64,000 bases of DNA from Phaeosaccion multiseriatum (Eukaryota > Protista > Ochrophyta, other classes): contig OZ218961.1 of assembly GCA_965112735.1 (NCBI GenBank), positions 1,984,001-2,048,000 of the forward strand, given 5' to 3'. The position numbers were made by a program, and so were the translations under genes. Below, in pieces: positions 23,852 to 42,700 of this stretch; positions within the stretch are counted from its first letter, which is position 1, and each line of letters starts with the position of its first letter. The notes below the pieces were generated by a model. That model ran no database searches, was not told the origin of the DNA, and saw nothing but the letters and a program-made list of their open reading frames with translations.

Positions 23852-24947
23852 CCGTGCCGCTTATCAGCCCGTGCTGCTGCCCTCCTTCAACTGAGCAGCA
23901 CCATGGCAGCACCCTTTGGAAGAAGGGAAGGGGAGAAAAAAAGAAAGAAAGAACGAACGGCCCAGGCCCAGGCGGATACGGTGAGAAACGATGCAGAGGG
24001 TAAAAGCTAATAATAGTCAAGACAAGGCTGACTGCGACTTTGGGGTTGCTAATACCTTGTCAATGCCTCTATCCTATCCTATGTGTGTGTTTTTTCCGTG
24101 TCAGAGATCCTACTACTTCCGGGGGTACGATCGTACGAAACAGCCGAGATTCAACCTCTGTTTCGAGATGTCCACCTACCTTTGGCAACACAAGAAGCAG
24201 GCCTCTCGGGCCGGCCAGAAATAGGAAACAGGCCGCCGCGGCGCTAGTCGTGGGGTTCTCTGACTCTCTGACAGCAGCCACGCATGCTGCATGCTCCACC
24301 GCCGCTCGGCTGCTCATCGGCATGCCTTGCCCAAGTAGCAAAAGCCGCTTGGGGGGGGGGCCTGTGTGTGGCCCTGCCTGACCCTTTGCACATGGCTGCG
24401 CTCCAGTGGACTGCCTCACAAATAAAGTGCCCGTCATATTACAACATTACTCTGCGTCTCAGCCTATCCCTTGCTCAGTGACTCCCTCGGTATGAGCTAC
24501 GAGCACTTGGGGGGACTGGGAAGCGCTGCTTGTCGTTTGTTTGGGGTGGGGAGACGAAGCATCAATGTCAATAGGGCCCCAGCAAGCCAGCGGGCCAATG
24601 ACTTGAAGGCCGCGGCGCCGCGGTGCCGGGAGGTGGCTCGATGCTGCACTCGCTCGGTACGCGAAGGGTTCCAAGGGACATGCGCTCCAGTCGTAGCTAC
24701 GGTGGCGATTGGCCTGTGGCACGGCCTTCCTCCCTCCCTCCCTCTCTCCCACCCCTCTGCCTACCTTCCTCCATCGAACGCCCCGAAGCAACCCCTCGCT
24801 CTGCCAAGTGCGTGCCGCTGGCTGTACCACGTACCACCAACTGGCAGGCTGTATCACCAACGGAAGTACACCCGCCTCTACCCCTCCCCCGTCCAGCCAG
24901 CGGCACGCACTTGGCAGGCTGTATCACCAACGGAAGTACACCCGCCT

Positions 24948-30671
<5,724 letters not shown>

Positions 30672-31456
30672 CGAGCGTACCAAGAGAGGCGCCTATGTCT
30701 GTTCTAGTGAAAGTCCATCCTCCATAGAGCCGACCACAAGAGAAGAGAGGGAAGGACGAGAAGAAAATCGGAAAAGGGGTGGATGTAGAGCTTTGGTAGG
30801 AGAGTCACAGATTGCCCCCTCGGGTTCCTACCGGGACTAAACCTCTTCCAGAGAACACACTCTTAAAGAGAAAATTGTGTAGTGTGTGGGCTACCAATCA
30901 ACCCCGGTAAGGGTCTAGATGGTCTGAGAGAAACTTGTAGGACGGACGTGTTGATGCACCAGTTGCAGCGGCATCTGAGGAGGCGAGGCGGAGCTCTGTC
31001 AAAGCGGGATGGTTTTATTCCCTCTCTGAAACATCACCCTTGTCTCTCCGCCTTGCTGCCAACCCTTCCTCCTATTGAAGCCGTGGTGTTGATCTGATGA
31101 ATGGCTTGCAACTTTTGGTGTCGATTAAGCCTGCCGGTGCCGCGGGAAGCCACCTACCTGCTAACGGGTACTGCTTGATAACACAGGGGGGCATATTGTC
31201 TGCTTGTCTGAGTTTATTTTACGCCTCTTGCTCCCCCATTGCTTTGACTTCTACTCCTCTCCCTGCTCACCAAGGATTTCTCGGCCCATACCCATCCCCC
31301 TCCCTGCCCGCCCCAAAGAAACCACAACACCGCAGCACTGGACTTGGGCACAGAGAGAGAGACAGCGAGAGGGAGAGAAAGCGGCAACCAGGCCTAGGCC
31401 AGGCCTTCGTGTCTGTAGAGGCATAAGAGCATAAGAAGGGAGGGAAAGGGGGAGTG
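30672..31456. promoter_or_regulatory. Putative bidirectional promoter region between divergent ligA and RPT3
   Basis: Head-to-head start codons about 785 nt apart in microsatellite-poor sequence. No specific elements identified. Confidence 0.4.
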
Positions 31457-33070
31457 ATGGCGGCTGCGGCGGTAGCGGCCGCACCAAAGGTAAGAACACG
31501 GAGGCGTTGACGGCGGCAGCAGCCGCGGCAGCAGATTTGGGCTCACCGGTGCTAGCGACGGAGTATGAGTGCTCTCATGTGCATAGTCAGGCTCTTGCCC
31601 GATCACCGAGGGAGGCATGGGAGGGGGAAGGGGGTAGGGGGGTTCAGTGACCTGAGACAGAAGCGGGTCATCTGTCTGCTGCCTCCGCGGCGATGCCACT
31701 TGCATGTGCTCCAGTGAGCGGCAGATGGTCTCCCCTCTCTCCCGCAGAGGAGGGGGGCTGGGTTCGGCCCACTCGCTCCCCTCCCTGTGGTCTGCACCGC
31801 CCCCCCCCCCCCTTCGCTGTGTGCTTCTCTCTCTCTCTTCGCTGTGTGCTTCTCTCTCTCTCTCTGTTGCGATGGGGTTGACCCTACTTCTTCTCCCTTG
31901 GCCCTTGACCCTTGACCCTTCGCCACTCCCCATACCTGCACTACCCTTGCCCGTGCCGCCCCATGGCATGACGTTTCAGGTGTCGTTTGCCATGGACGTG
32001 GCGGACGACGTCACAGCCTCGGTGGAGGACCAACACGCCAAGGACGATTACGTGCGCCTCAAGACGCTGCAGCAGCATCTCGAGTTCCTCGATATTCAGG
32101 AGGAGTACATTAAGGTTCGTGCATTGCATGGGTCAAGGGCACTCAATATCGATATCTATATCGATATCTATGTCGATACAGGATCGATAGTATCGCGTAC
32201 GTACGATACCGTCCCGTCCAACCAACTACTCAGCAAACCACCCAACCCACCAACCAACCAACCCACCCACCAACCCACCACACCAACCAACCACCAACCA
32301 ACCAATCAACCCACCAACCAACCCACCACCACCCCGACTACCCTACCACCCCAACCCCCTCTGTACTCAGGACGAGATGAAGAACCTCAAGCGGGAGCTG
32401 ATCCGCGCCAAGGAGGAGATCAAGCGCATCCAGTCCGTGCCCCTCGTCATTGGGCAGTTCAACGAGATGATCGATGCCAACTACGGTATCGTGGGCAGTA
32501 CTGCAGGGTACGTGTCATGTTGTAAGGTTACGTATAGTTGTGTAAGGTACTTGCGGAAGGGTCTCTTGTCGACTGCTTCCTTCCTTCCTCCCTCCCTTCC
32601 TTCCTTCCTTCCTTCCTTCCTTCCTTCCTTCCTTCCTTCGTCGCTCAACCTAGGCTCAGTATCTCTCTCGGCTGACGGCTGGACTCCTTTCTTTCCTCCT
32701 TCATCACTTCCTTCCTTTATATTCACCCTTCCTTGATTCATCTCCTCCCTTCCTTCCTTCCTTCCTTCCTTCCTTCCTTCCTTCCTTCCTTCCTTCCTTC
32801 CTTCCTTCCTTCCTTCCTCCCTTTAGGTCGAATTATTTTGTGCGCATCCTGTCCACGCTCGACAGAGAGGCTCTCAAGCCCAACACCAGGTACACTCAAA
32901 CTCAAACTCAAACTAGGGGAATGGGTGGGGCAAGTGCCCGTATCGCTCACAACACGAGGGGAGAAGGAATGGGGAAGGAAGGAGGGAAGGAGGGGGTAAC
33001 GGACACATCGAGGCGTCCTTTCTCTATCTCTCTCTCTGTGTCTCTCTCTCTCTCTCCCTCTCTCTCTCTT

Positions 33071-33141
<71 letters not shown>

Positions 33142-33176
33142 TTCTCTCTCTCCTTCCTCTCTCTCTCTCTTTCTCT

Positions 33177-33224
<48 letters not shown>

Positions 33225-35948
33225 ATCTCCCTTCCTTTCCCGTCGTTTCCTCTCTCGATCGCGGCGCCTTGACGCTCTCCCTCCCCCCCTTCTGCTCCTG
33301 CCCCTGCTTCTAATCTGATCGTCCTTGGGCGTGATTGGGTGTCATATCAGTGTGGCCCTGCACCGCCACAGCCACAGCGTCGTGGAGATTTTGCCCCCAG
33401 AGAGCGACAGTACCATCCAGGTTGGTTAGGCCGTGCCTCTGTGCGTATATATATATTATGTAGATGGTGTGTATATATATGTATGTACACATATATACAT
33501 GTGTGTGTGCGTGTGCCTGGTGTGGAAGGGCTCACTGCCTCACGGACAGTCAGACTCTATCGATAGTTCCTTTGTCTTTCACCCCCCACTCCTCTTGTCT
33601 GCCAACCTCTGCCTCTCTGTCTCTGTGTCTCCCTGCCCTGCCCCCCCTATACCTCGCCTGACGTTTCCCTTGCCTTCACTCTGGTCACACCTGGTGTTCG
33701 CCTTTCCTCCCCTCCCCTCTGTGCTGTTTCCTTCCTCCTATGCTTGTGCTTGTGCCGTCCTCTCCTCTTCACCGCACTTGTAACTGCACTTGTTCATTCA
33801 GCTCATGCAAAAGAAGCCCGACATTACGTACCGCGACATCGGCGGTAACGACATGCAAAAGCAAGAGGTCAAGGAGGCCGTGGAGCTGCCCCTCACACAC
33901 TTCGAGCTCTACAAGCAGATCGGAATAGACCCTCCCAGGGGGGTGCTGCTATGGGGACCCCCGGGGACAGGTGTGTGTGTACGTGTGTGTGTGCGCGTGT
34001 GCGTATGTGTGACCCCATCCACCGTTGTGCACTGTGTGTGTGTTCGCGTGCGTGTGTGCATGTCCGTGTGTGCATGTGTGTGTGCGTGTGTGTGCGTGCG
34101 TGCGTGCGCGTTTGCGTGACCTCATTCACCCCTTTATGTGTTGTGTGGTGCTCCCCTTCCCAGGCAAGACGATGATGGCCAAAGCCGTGGCCAACGCGAC
34201 GACAGCATCCTTCATATCTGTGGTGGGGTCGGAGTTCGTTCAAAAGTATCTTGGGGAGGGTCCACGAATGGTCCGCGATGTGTTCAGGTGAGCGGACGGA
34301 TAATCGGCCTTAGTAGGCTAGAGGAGCTGAGAGACAGAGGGAGGGAGAGAGGGAGGGGGGGAGGGAGGGAGAGAAGGAGGGAGAGAGGGAGGGAGAGAGG
34401 GAGGAAGAAATGGATGGTCCTCAGTCAGCAGAAATGGATGGTCCTCAGTCAGCAGAAATGGATGGTCCTCACTCAGTCAGCAGAAATGGATGTGGGGGTG
34501 CGGGGGGTGCTCCGCCCCTCTCTCCACTAACATCAATTTCTCTCTCTCCGTCTCTTGCCTCCCTCCCTCCTCCCTCCCTCCCTCACTCTCTCTCTCTCTC
34601 TCTCTCTTTCTCTCTTTCTCTCCCTCCCTCCCTCCCTCCCTCCTCCCTCCCTGCCCTTTTCTCTCGTTCTCTCCCTTCTCTCTCCATCTCCCTCGATCCC
34701 CCCTCTCCCTATCTTTGTGGGTGTTTCTATGCGTGCGTCCGACAGACTCGCGCGTGAGAACAGCCCATCTGTGATCTTCATCGACGAGATCGACGCCATC
34801 GCCACCAAGCGGTAAGAGCAACAGCAAGAGCGACGGAGAGAGAGAGATCGTGTGATCCCCCCCTCCCCTCCTCCGTACTCAACTTGGTCCCCTCCTCTCC
34901 CCTCCTCTCTTCTCCTCTCATCCCATCTCCCCTCCTCTCCTGGACTGCTGCCCCGCTCTTATCCTCTCCTCTCCTCTCATGTCCCTGGACTGCTCCGCTC
35001 CTTTTTTTTTCTTCTTGGCGTAACTGTGCTGTGCTGTGCTGACGTCATCGCGTTGGTCTTCCTCAGATTCGATGCGCAGACGGGAGCAGACAGGGAGGTG
35101 CAGCGCATTCTGCTGGAGCTGCTGAATCAGATGGACGGGTTCGATCAAAGCACCAATGTAAAGGTGATTATGGCCACCAACCGCGCCGACACGCTGGACC
35201 CTGCTCTGCTGCGACCGGGCAGACTCGACAGGAAGATTGAGTTCCCAAATCCGGACAGGTGAGGGAAGCAGACGGAGGGAAGCAGACGGAGGGCAGGGAG
35301 GGGAGGGGAGGGGAGGGGAGGGGAGGGGAGGGGAGGGGAGGCAAGTGGGGAGTTGAGGGGAAGAGAGGGAGGAGGGGAGGGGGGGAGAGGAGGGAAAGGA
35401 GGAGAGGGAAGGAGGGCACTACGACGCGTGTTGTAGAGGAGGATAGTCGGGTAGTCATCTCATCTCTCTCTCTGTTCTCACTCTTGGCCTATTTAGCTGT
35501 GGTGTATGACACTTGCCTCCTCCCCTGACGGGGGGGGGGGGGGGTCTCCTTCCGCGGCCACTGACAGACCTGTGTGTTGCTGTCTTCTCTCCATGTCCAC
35601 GAACTTATTGGCGGTCCTTTTACCAACCTTTTACGTGCTCTAATCAATCGGACGTACTCTCTCTGTCTCTCTGTCTCCTCTCTCTCCCCTCAGACGACAG
35701 AAGCGCCTTGTGTTCGCTGCGTGTACGGCCAAGATGAATCTGCACGAGGAGGTGAGTGTGTCATCTTCTCGCTCATTCTCTCTCTCTCTCCCTCTCTCTC
35801 TCGTGCACTCTCTATCTGCCTCTCTCTCTTCTCTTCTTTCGCTCCTTTTCTGTAACCCCCCCTCCCCCCTGTCTCTCTGCCCGGGCCTCTTCTCTTTGTC
35901 CTCCCCGCTTTCTCTCACAACCCCTCTCTCTCTCCCGATGCCCGTATG

Positions 35949-36007
<59 letters not shown>

Positions 36008-36952
36008 CTCTCTCCTCTCTTTCCCTCTCTCTCCCTCCCTCTGTCTCTCTCTCTCTCTCTCTCTCCCTCCTCTCTCTTTTTCCCTCTCTCTCCCTCTCTC
36101 TCGCTCGCTCCTTATATCTCTTGTCTCTCTCCCACTCTCTCTCTCTGTCTATCCCTCCGCCCCTGTCTCCCACTCCCTTTGGACCCCCCCCTCCAGGTGG
36201 ATCTGGAGGATTACGTGAACCGCCCCGAAAAGATTAGCGCAGCGGACATCGGAGCCATCGCACAGGAGGCAGGCCTGCAGGTCAGTGTCAGTTTCAGTTT
36301 GAGATTGTGAGGGCATTTTTTTGCCCCACACTCGGGCGTACAACACGCGTGCATTGCCATCGTTTGGGGCTTTGCTCTCTACCTCTCCTTCCTTCCCCCT
36401 CCCTTGCGCTCCACCTCTTCTCTCCCTCTACTCCTTTCCTTCGCTCCCTCTACTCCCTTGCTCTCTACCTCTCCTTCCTTCCCCCTCCCTTGCGCTCCAC
36501 CTCTTCTCTCCCTCTACTCCTTTCCTTCCCTCCCTCTACTCCCTTGCGCTCTACCTCTCCTCCCTTCCCCCTCCCTTGCGCTCCACCTCTTCTCTCCTTC
36601 TACTCCCTTGCTCTCTACCTCTCCTTCCTTCCCTCTACTCCCTTGCTCTCTACCTCTCCTTCCCTCCCTCTACTCCCTTGCTCTCTACCTCTCCTTCCCT
36701 CCCTCTATCCCCTTGGGTGTCTCCCTGTCTCCGTCCCTCTTTGCCCATCTCCTTCACACCTCTTCCTCCATCTATCTCACATTTCAATGCCTTTGCCTGC
36801 CTCCCTCCCCCCCTTCAATGCATTGCTCATACATTGCTTGTGCCCAGGCCGTACGCAACAACCGTTATGTGGTGCTGGGGAAGGACTTGGACAAGGCGTA
36901 CAAGAAGCACGTCAACAAGGCTGACAAGGAGCACCTCTTCTACTCCATGTAG
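31457..36952 (+). CDS. RPT3: 26S proteasome AAA-ATPase regulatory subunit RPT3 (6B / PSMC4)
   Basis: join(31457..31489,31980..32114,32371..32507,32827..32889,33351..33420,33802..33970,34164..34287,34746..34811,35067..35258,35694..35751,36197..36280,36848..36952). Motifs: [81 protein letters not shown]. Confidence 0.96.
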
Positions 36953-37052
36953 GCGTCCTGTAGGCCTCCTGTAGGCGTCCTGTAGGCGTCCTGTAGGTGT
37001 CCTGTAGGCCTCCTGTAGGCCTCCATGTAGGCCTCCTGTAGGCCTCCTGTAG
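36948..37052. repeat. 11-nt tandem repeat (tgtaggc(g/c)tcc), about 9 units, starting at the RPT3 stop codon
   Basis: Seen directly. Confidence 0.85.
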
Positions 37053-37630
37053 GGCTCTGATAGGACTCCAAATGGAGAGAGAGAGAGAGAGCGAGAGAGA
37101 AGGCTCCGAATGGAGAGCGGCAGGGCCCTGAATGTCGACTCGACTTTGCCTTTTGTGTGGTGTATGTAGGCAGAGTGCGTGGATGGCCCTGTGCCTTCAT
37201 TGTATCGACTGTGGAGTAGAAAGGGCAGAGGGCAATCAATAATTGCAAAGGGCCGATCACAAAATACTATTGAAAATATACGTGTTCTATCAGTCGTCGT
37301 CGACTTTCGACAGTTCCGCTTCCATCCACCCCGGGGTGTTGCTGCTTCCCCACTGCTACCCTACTGCTACACTACTGCTAATAGCGCTGCTACACTCTAA
37401 TGCACTGCTGCTGATACATCACATGTGTGGTGGTGGTGGTGGAAAAAGCCCCCTCCAACAACACTTCCTCACGGCCCCCTCCAGCAAAGGCGCTTCCAAA
37501 CGATGCTTCCATAATTTTCTTACGACAGTGGTACTGGTGCAGTTACGTAAGATGCTTACGTAAGCTGCTTACGTATGTGTCACTGGTGCAGTAACATAAG
37601 ATGCTTACGTAAGCTGCTTACGTAAACTGC

Positions 37631-38581
37631 TTACGTATGTGCCGCTGGTGCGGGAGCAAGGCCGTCCAACAAGGCCCTCACGGCCTCCTCTGAGAGCGTC
37701 CCGTACAAGCCAAGCCCCTCTTCATTTGGGACTCCGAGTAGGCATGCACCTGTCTTCCACTTCTCGCGGAGAGCAGGGTCCAGGCGGCAGCCCTTCTTCT
37801 CGTCGGAACTGTATGTTACAACGAGGTGACCGTCTGTCGGCAGCCCCACCTGTTGGTGATACGGGGAGGTGTAGGGTAAGGTGGGTGGAGGGGTGGGTGT
37901 TGAGATGGGGAGAAGTGTAAGAGAGAAAAGAGGGGAAAGGCCGGATGAGAGGCTATGATGCATGTGTGCTCCTGACCACTTATGACTTCTCATACCACAC
38001 CCGCTACCCACCCATTGACTTACTACTCACCCATTGACTTATTACGACCGTATCCCATTGACTTACTACTACCCACCGTCCACTATCCACACCACCCACC
38101 ACCCACCTCGTCCCACTATTCCCTTCTCACATGTTGTAATCGCGCTGGTGTAACCCATTGACTTACTACACCCCCCACCCCTCACCCCCACTACTCCCTA
38201 CTCACATGTTGGTACTCGCTGGTGTAGCCCTCTGACCAGCTCTCCGGCAAGTCCCATCCAAAGATGAACTGGTGCTGCAGAGGGTCGCTCTTACGCGAGA
38301 ACCTGTTAGTTGGTAGGAACGTAGTAGAAGGCAAGAAGCCCAATGATTGTCGGTGAAGTACGTCAGTTGGTAGTACGTAGGATGTCACAAGAGTGTGGCT
38401 GGCCGGGCAGAAGTCTACAGAGGTGTACTGGGCTCAGTGGGTGGAGATTTCGCTGGCAGGCAAGTTCCCCAGCAGCAGCGACAGTTGGTTGACTAGCCGG
38501 TCCAAAAAGATGAAAGCTTGTTTACACACAAACACACGCTCACACGTACACACACACACGCACACACACATACACATACAC

Positions 38582-38679
<98 letters not shown>

Positions 38680-39755
38680 CTGGTTGAGGAAGTTGGTGCC
38701 CGGCTCCTTGACGGCAAGGTCGGTCAACAGCTGCCCCATACGGCGGTGGTCGCTCTGTCGAAAGTCGAGGTCGTACGTAATGTCGGCCTTGTAAGGGTTG
38801 AACACGTTGAGCCAGCCCAGCCGCTGGTACACAGAGTGCCTGTTGGTTGATCAGTTGGTTCACAGTTGGCAGTTGGATAGTTTTCAATGTCAGTTATGTG
38901 ATATGCTCACAGTTTCAGTTCAGGTGACCCCTTTCACGTACCCAACGTGACATAATATCGATTCTCTCTTCTCACCCATATGCTTCCATATATGTCTATA
39001 TGCCTATACATGTAAAGCCAAAGCACTACAATAGCCAATCTCTAAAATGAAATATGTATATGCCACGCTAACTCCACTTGACCCACACACTTTCAGTTTC
39101 AGTTTCTTAAGGTGACTCCTAGCAAGCCCAGATGAATCTCTCCACTTGCACTTGAACTTGCACTTGAACTTGCACTTGCCTGCTCTCGTTGTCGACACAG
39201 CACTCCAGCACCGTATCAAAGTTGTCCAAGTCGGTGACTCTGCTAAACAGAGACACGATCAAGTCCTCCCGCAGCTTGCAGTGACTGCCGCCACTACTAC
39301 TGGTGCTTGTGCTGCCGCTCGTATTACTATTAGTGCCGTTACTTGGACTGTGACTGGCATTACTGGCATTACTGGCATTACTGTCGTTACTGCCAGTACC
39401 AGTTCCAGTGCTGTGGCCCGTGCCAGCCGTGGCGGGGAAGCTCTCTGCCAATCGCCGCACCTGTGGTTGATTCGTTGACATGATACAAAAGATGGCAGAT
39501 GATGGAAGAAAGGAAGGTGTGGTGAGGTCATAAAACAAACAAGGATGCTCCACAAGGATGGGGAGAAAGAATGGGGACAGATAAGAGGAACAGATGTGCA
39601 ACGCCACCACCCTAACCCACCACTCCATGCAGTACAGCAGTCAGTCAGTCAGTCAGTCAGTCAGTCAGTCAGTCAGTCAGTCAGTCAGTCAGTCAGTCAG
39701 TCAGTCAGTCAGTCAGTCAGTCAGTCAGTCAGTCAGTCAGTCAGTCAGTCAGTCA

Positions 39756-39798
<43 letters not shown>

Positions 39799-42700
39799 AG
39801 TCAGTCAGTCAGTCAGTCAGTCCCTCAGTCAGTCAGTCAGTCAGTCAGTCAGTCAGTCAGTCAGTCAGTCAGTCAGTCAGTCAGTCAGTCAGTCCCTCAG
39901 TCAGTCAGTCAGTCAGTCAGTCAGTCAGCACTGGAAAAGAAGGGAGGATGACCATGACAAGACAACTGCGGCGACTTACAACAACCCACCTGCGCACAGC
40001 TAGCCCACCGCCGCGACATGCGAAACTGCACCATGCGGGCCTTGCGTGCATAGTCTCCGGCAGCAGAGGTGGGGGCAGATGCGATGGCTGCAGTGGGGGG
40101 GGAGGAGGAGCAGGAGGAGGAGGAGGAGGAGGCAGCAGCGGCGAGGCTCCCCCTCTTGCGGGAAGTCACGTCAATGCAAGTAGACTGTGGCACCCAGTGA
40201 TAGCGGAGCGATTGGCCTCCGCCCCCGCCTCGGCCTCCGCCTCCTTCTCTTCCTTCTCGTCGTCGTCGTCGTAGTCGTTTTCCTCCCTTCCCACCCTGCT
40301 GCTCGTCCTCTTGCTCGTCCTCTCTTCCCTCTTTCTTCTCCTCCTCCTCCCCCTCCTCCTCGTCGTCGTCGTCGTCGTCCTCGTTCTCCTCCTCTTCCTC
40401 CTGCTCCTCCCTCCCATCCCCCTTCTCCTTCTTGTCCTCCCGTTTCTCCGCCGTCTCCACCTCCTCCTTCTCCTCCTCCTCCCCTGCCTCTTCCTCCTCC
40501 CTCTCCTTCTCCTCCTCCTCATCATCCTCCTCCTCCTCCTCCTCCTCCTCCTCATCCTCCTCCTTCTCCATCTCCTCCTCCTCCTCCTCCTCCTCCTCCT
40601 CCTTCTCCTTCTCCTTCTCCTTCTCCTTCTCCTCCTCCTCCTCCTCCTCCTCCTCCTCCTCCTCCTCCTCCTCCTCCTCCTCCTCCTCCTCCTCCTCCGC
40701 CTCCTCCCCCTCTTCCTCCTCCGCCTCCTCCTCCTCCTCCGCTTCCTCCTCCTCCTCCTCCTCCTCCTCCTCCCCCTCCTCCCCCTCTTCTCCCTCCCCC
40801 CCCACCTTCTCCTTCTTGCCCTCCTCCTTCTTCACTTGAAGCGTAAAAGGCTCCTCTGGCAGGCCGAGAACAAAAGCGTCAAACACATGAACATGTGCAA
40901 CTCTTGTGAGCCCCTCCACCCCGGGGGACAGCTCCTCAAGCCCCTCCCAACCCTCCTGTTCACCTCCTTGGACATCGGAGGGGTGGAATTGGGTATCCAA
41001 GGAGGGAGGGCGCCAGCTGACCTCTTCGGAACCTCGTGACGTCACCCAGATCTGACGGGTACAGAAACGACGGTCACAGGAGGGAGGGATTGAAAGGAAT
41101 TTTCAAATTCACACGATTCGAGAGGAGGGAAGAAAGAGAAGTGGAGAGAGCGGAAGGAAAACCCCTCCCCCCTGTCTGTGTGTCTCGATCCTCCCTACCC
41201 ATATGCCTCTAACCTCCCTACCCATACGCCTCTAACCTGGTGTATCCCGATGGCTTGTGCCTGGAGGTGGGAGAGCACCAGAGCGACGGCGTGCGGCTTG
41301 GCCTCTGCACTGGATAGCTTTCCCAGGGGGGACGCTCTAGAGAGTCAAATATACATATGTAAAGGTACGTAGGTGTAGGGCAGACAAAGCGAAGGAGACG
41401 AGAGGGGGAGAAAAACGCATGGGAAAATGAATAGAAAATGAGTGACGATCTGGAAGCATATGGTTATGGGAAGGGTGTGGGGTGCGGACTTGGGGTGGGG
41501 CAGAGGGCGAGAGAAGAAGGGTCATGTACTGTGAGAGGCAGAGGGGAAGGGCACCACGGAAGGTCTGAGGAGGGACTGCCTATCAACGTTACGTTACCCT
41601 ACCTACTTTCCTCCCTACCCACTCTGCCCACTTCCTCACTTTACCTACCTCATTTTTATCTACCTCACTCTATCTACCTCACTCTATCTACCTCACTCTA
41701 CCTACCTCACTCTACCTACCTCACTCTACTTCCTCACTCTATCTACTTACGCTACAGAAACCGCTTACCTCACTCGCTGCTCGAGGAAGTCTCTTGACAC
41801 GGCGGTGCGCGAGTTGGTTCTTCGCTTGGCTGGCGACGACACGAGCTTCAGCACAAGCTTCCTGCTTCCGTGACAAAGCCGCACCTGGAGAGAGGAGAGG
41901 AGGGGAGGGGAGGGGAGGGGACGGGAGAGGAGGGGAGATCATATAGTAAGGCTACGTGCTTCTCCAAGTAGCGAACGGCACTTGCAAAGTGTTATGCCTG
42001 TAACTGTCAGAACTGTTCTGTAACTGTCAGAACCGTTACCTTGACGATTTCGAGCTTGATGATGGCGGGCATGGAGGAGAAGAGACACACTTCCCGGGTA
42101 CGCACTGCTTGCCACAGGGCAGCCTCACCCTGAGGGGCACACACACACGCACGCACACACACACACACACACAACGCGCACACACAAACACACAAACACA
42201 CAAACACACAAACACACACAGAGGAGCGGCGGAGGGCAGGGTGTGAGCCTTCGAGTAGGGATAGAAAGGAGCCCCTCCTCAGAGAGCGGGGCAGAGAAGT
42301 GGACTGGACGGACGCTTCCCAAGGAGGAGGGGCACAGACTCAGTCTAGGGAGAAGGGCGGGGGGCGTGGTTGACACCTGACACCGGGTACTGACAACAAA
42401 CCTCCCGTGGGCGTCCCCCGGTGGCTCAACACCCCCATCCCTCAATAAGAAGAACCTGCCTACCCATACGCCTGCCCATATACCTCTCGCTGCCTTACCC
42501 AAATGCATGCCTGTCTTACCTGGCTGCTGACGGTTGTGCTTGACTTGTGCAGAAAGTCGAGCATGTCGACTTTCTCTGTCGACCCCGTCACCTCGAAAAG
42601 TTTGGTGTTGTGAAACCCTGTTAACACGCGCAAGACACAGAGAATGCACAGCAGCGAAAGAGCAGCAGCAAGGAGGAACGATGGTGCGATTCAGAGGCTT

